Shown here: piece after piece, positions 60,566 through 64,000 of the stretch
Layout: every line of letters starts with the position of its first letter
Position numbering within the stretch: position 1 is the stretch's first letter
NCBI GenBank assembly: GCA_905178155.1
Contig: CAJINV010000011.1
Coordinates: 1,077,982 to 1,141,981, forward strand
DNA: 64,000 nt
Direction: 5' to 3'
From: Amoebophrya sp. A120
Taxonomy: Eukaryota; Protista; Dinoflagellata
Position numbers and translations under genes: made by a program
The notes under the pieces: generated by a model
Database searches by the model: none
Seen by the model: the letters and a program-made list of their open reading frames with translations, nothing else
What the model was told of the DNA's origin: nothing

Positions 60566-61738
60566 ATGGCATCGCCTCGTCTAGTTCTGCCCACGACTGG
60601 GATGAGGCTTTTCTGGCGCTCCTGTGCAACAGTTACGGGGTTGCTGAGTGGCGACTCGTCCTCTATCATGCGACAAGTTGCAGCCCGCGCGATGGCGCCG
60701 TTGCTTTCCTCGTCTAGAAGTGGCAGCAAGAAGATGCTCCTAAAAAGCGGGCAAGAAGATGCTTCTACGCCAGCTAGTATGTCGACGACGACCAACATGC
60801 GCGGCGCTGCTCAGGCACAACCAACGGCCGAGCAAGCCGAGGTGCCGTCTTCAGCCGCACAAATCGTGAAGATGACCACCGGTAGCTCGGCGACCTCGAT
60901 CTCGAATGAAGCAGCTGGGGAACACGATCAAGAGGATCCGGCGCAAAGTGGCTACAACTACCCCGTTGGCACTGCGGTTGGGTCCTCCGGCTTGTCGTTC
61001 CGGGATCAGGACGTCGACTCGATCGACCTCGTGGAGTTCTCTGCTTTCACCCAGATCAGCAACCTCCAGAAACCGAAGGCGTTGCTTGCGAAAAGCAATC
61101 GCAAAACAAGCGCCGACCTGGAGAACAAGTCCACGACGAGCCCCCAGCAGGTGTCTCTGTTGCAGAAGAAGCAGAAGATGGATCTGTTGAAGCTCCACCA
61201 AAAGCAGGAGCAGGAGATGTTCCTCGAGGCACAAGAAGGAACAAAAACGACCGAAAGCCAACAGCAACAGGTACAGCAGATTGTGCCCCTCATTGTGGAT
61301 CCCAATTCGCAGCAAGCGGCGGCGATCGCGGCGAACCAGATGTTCGTCACGCCGGCGCCCTCGTGCTGCAGCGACCCGATCGATGCCAACCCGAACGACC
61401 AGTTTGTGCCCAAGATCCCGCCCGCCTACCCGACCGAGATGATTCCGCCCGCGGAGCCCGAGGAGGGGGGCGAAGGAGAGGCCGGCGGGGAAGGCGAAGG
61501 TGGCCGTGGCGAAGGCGGCGGGGGTGAAGGCGCCCGTGGTGAGGGCGGCGAAGGGGCTCGCGGTGGGGAAGGGGCGCGGGGAGGTGCGGAAGGTGGAGGT
61601 CAAGCTGCCGAAGGTGGTCAAGCTGGCGAAGGTGCGCGAGGCGGCGAAGGTGCGCGAGGCGGCGAAGGCGGTGCTGGCGGCGCCGCGGCGGGTGAAGCCG
61701 CCGGGGCAGCTGCAGCGGAGGGAGGAGGCGAGCGATAA
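60566..61738 (+). CDS. Hypothetical protein with Gly/Glu/Ala-rich repetitive C-terminus
   Basis: 390-aa ORF with coding-like codon usage. Confidence 0.7.
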   Translation: MASPRLVLPTTGMRLFWRSCATVTGLLSGDSSSIMRQVAARAMAPLLSSSRSGSKKMLLKSGQEDASTPASMSTTTNMRGAAQAQPTAEQAEVPSSAAQIVKMTTGSSATSISNEAAGEHDQEDPAQSGYNYPVGTAVGSSGLSFRDQDVDSIDLVEFSAFTQISNLQKPKALLAKSNRKTSADLENKSTTSPQQVSLLQKKQKMDLLKLHQKQEQEMFLEAQEGTKTTESQQQQVQQIVPLIVDPNSQQAAAIAANQMFVTPAPSCCSDPIDANPNDQFVPKIPPAYPTEMIPPAEPEEGGEGEAGGEGEGGRGEGGGGEGARGEGGEGARGGEGARGGAEGGGQAAEGGQAGEGARGGEGARGGEGGAGGAAAGEAAGAAAAEGGGER

Positions 61739-62707
61739 GCGCGTCGGGTGGAGAGGAGATTTCAAGAGGGCGAAAGGAATCATCATCCAAAAAAAAGCAC
61801 GCACGAACCTCCCCCAGTCATCTGAGATGCAGGAGCAGCATACAGGGTTTCGTTTTTCTTTTCGATCAAGTCATACAGGAGTTTGTATTCGTAGTTGGAT
61901 TTCATATTCTAAGTACTAACAACTGTTTGTTTTTCTTTTTCTACACTACTCATCATGAACTCTGAGTTTCAACATTTTTTTTTTCCCTTTTTTCGCATGT
62001 CATTTCACGAGATCGAGATTTCTATCTGTCGTTCCACCCACCTTACCAGCCTGAAAATCATCATAACATTCTGTCCCAGAACCTGGACACCCCGAGTTTG
62101 AACTGCTACAACCTCGATATAATCGAATGCAGTAGCTCACCACCCAATTATGCCCGTATATCTTTTCCCCTACAACAACAACGACGGTATCCCCGCGGCT
62201 GCAAAGATACTACATAACACAGGAAGACTTTTCCTCGTCCCCGCCCGACTTATATATTGTTTTCGACCCAAGAAGATCAAGATCGTGTGAGGTGCGCGGC
62301 CACTGTTAGTTCAGGGTCCGTTTCGGCCATAACATTGTTCGCGGCCGTCCGTCGTGTTCACAGCAGTTCCTAAGGCTCCCACACGCTGTTTTTGCAAGTT
62401 TTTGTGTCTCACCGATTTTGTTTCCGCTATTCTTTTAGAGTTGGATTTGGTGTTGATCATTTTATTTTATTTTTTTTCAATTTTTCGCTTTCGCCTTCGC
62501 GGGGCGACATGGGTGAGAGGGTGAGATACTTTTTTTTCTCGAGAAGCATGAGATGCCGAGCCCGAGAGTGAGTGAGAGAGTAATTCGCGTAGACCGGCGA
62601 CCTGAAAATCCATTATATGGAGGAACATTTTTATTTCCATTGTCCTTCGTTGAGACACGCCGTGAAAGTCGCGCGAGGACCGACGTCGCTACACGTCGTA
62701 TTGCAAA

Positions 62708-64000
62708 ATGGCGACCCGCACGAGTGTCCCCATGCAGATGCAGCACCAGGGTAGTGCTACTACCTCTACCAGCGGGGGCAGTGCCAGCTTTACCGCCCGA
62801 AAAACCGGCGTACTTGACACGTTGAAGAAGCTGCATGAGAAAATTGAAGCAAATTCCTACGCGGACAATCTGACCGACAATGAGGACCCTCGCTTCGCGG
62901 GTTGTACCAGTGCTTTCGACCGGTTTAACGCCAATGTGGAGCGAAATTTGGAAGATCACCAGCTGGACGATAAGATCCACAATTTTCTCCAGCAAAGCCA
63001 GTCGGAGCACGAAAAAATGTTGTGGCAAATGTCGATCGGGTCCCAGCGCATGGGCTTTTTTCGCCGCAAATCGGTCAAGCAGGCAGCCGCGCGGGAAATG
63101 CTGGAGTACGGTGGCGGTGCTGGGGTGGTCGGGGATCATGCGTCTTCCGGAGCTGCTGGTGGTGTACTAGACCAGCACAGTGGACCAGAAGGCAACAGTG
63201 CCAGCAAGCGACAATCCACTGGTGCGAGTGGTCACCAGCACCAGAACCAGAACCATAATTCCGTTCACGGTCATCAACATGGTCGCCAGGGCAATAGTTG
63301 TTCTGGGCCAGGAAATCAAAATTATACCGGCCAAAGTGGTGCTGACCATCACAGCCAACATACAGGAGGTGGCGGGAGTAGCAGCACGGGAAGTTACACG
63401 TGCACTTCCATCGCGGAGGAGGGGGCAGCGGGCGGGGCAAAGAAGGCAAGAGCGACAAATACAGCTAGCGGCGGCAGCCGGGGTGGAACGACTGGGACGA
63501 CCCAGTCCACCTTGATGAAGAGTTGTGGTGCTCCGGGATCGTCCACCTCGAATAACTATGGTGGCACAGCAACTTGCGCAGGAGGGCCAGGAGGCGGAGG
63601 CACAGCGTCTTCTGGCCCCTCCCGGCACGATCGTTACGCGTGGTGGCCCGTGAAAAAAGCCTGTCAAGAGCTGATCACCGGCTGCTTTCTGCCGGCCTGG
63701 GCGCCGAACGTTTTCGAACCGAAGAACGAAAGCGTAGTACAAGCTAGTTCCGCTTCCTCGTCGCCGATAGTGAGTGCCGAGATGCAGAGCCTTGTTGATC
63801 CGCTGCAGCGGCGCCCGTCGACGGTGCGGCAGCGGCTGAACTCTTCCTCGAACGTGCTGAATGCATCGGGCGGATCGACAACGCTTGCAACGCTGCAGCA
63901 ACAGTACCTGTCGAATGCGAAAGACAACAACCTCGTGGGAAACGTTTTGCTTTTCAATAACAACAGGAATAAAGCAGGCACGAGCATGGTCGGAGGAACT
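62708..64000 (+). CDS. Hypothetical protein, 3'-truncated by the window end
   Basis: MATRTSVPMQ.. frame read manually with no stop to position 64000; absent from the ORF track because it has no stop. Confidence 0.75.
   Translation, partial: MATRTSVPMQMQHQGSATTSTSGGSASFTARKTGVLDTLKKLHEKIEANSYADNLTDNEDPRFAGCTSAFDRFNANVERNLEDHQLDDKIHNFLQQSQSEHEKMLWQMSIGSQRMGFFRRKSVKQAAAREMLEYGGGAGVVGDHASSGAAGGVLDQHSGPEGNSASKRQSTGASGHQHQNQNHNSVHGHQHGRQGNSCSGPGNQNYTGQSGADHHSQHTGGGGSSSTGSYTCTSIAEEGAAGGAKKARATNTASGGSRGGTTGTTQSTLMKSCGAPGSSTSNNYGGTATCAGGPGGGGTASSGPSRHDRYAWWPVKKACQELITGCFLPAWAPNVFEPKNESVVQASSASSSPIVSAEMQSLVDPLQRRPSTVRQRLNSSSNVLNASGGSTTLATLQQQYLSNAKDNNLVGNVLLFNNNRNKAGTSMVGGT

Overview
Eukaryotic nuclear DNA with all recognisable host genes on the + strand and a mix of canonical GT-AG and non-canonical introns. 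The non-canonical introns are bounded by short direct repeats and terminal inverted repeats (TIRs). This architecture points to a syndinian dinoflagellate such as Amoebophrya (inference). Recognisable genes are a 2OG-Fe(II) dioxygenase, RPS9, an RluA-family pseudouridine synthase, GAR1, TRM10, a cyclin A/B, BBIP10 and a CSC1/OSCA-like channel, plus several hypothetical or coiled-coil genes. A young, complete Ty1/copia retrotransposon (28686-36070, minus strand) has its gag and pol in one frame separated by a single TGA. There is also a ~1.5-kb tandem duplication. The most interesting signals: (i) one introner family inserted in both orientations in the same gene; (ii) a shared internal motif GCATGACAA across introns with different TIRs; (iii) a repeat-spacer array in which a 52-bp acceptor/exon-start unit occurs three times, separated by unrelated ~1.1-kb GpC-rich inserts that end in a conserved hairpin; (iv) probable stop-codon readthrough in the copia element. 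All intron boundaries are inferred by eye from frame restoration and need RNA-seq confirmation.
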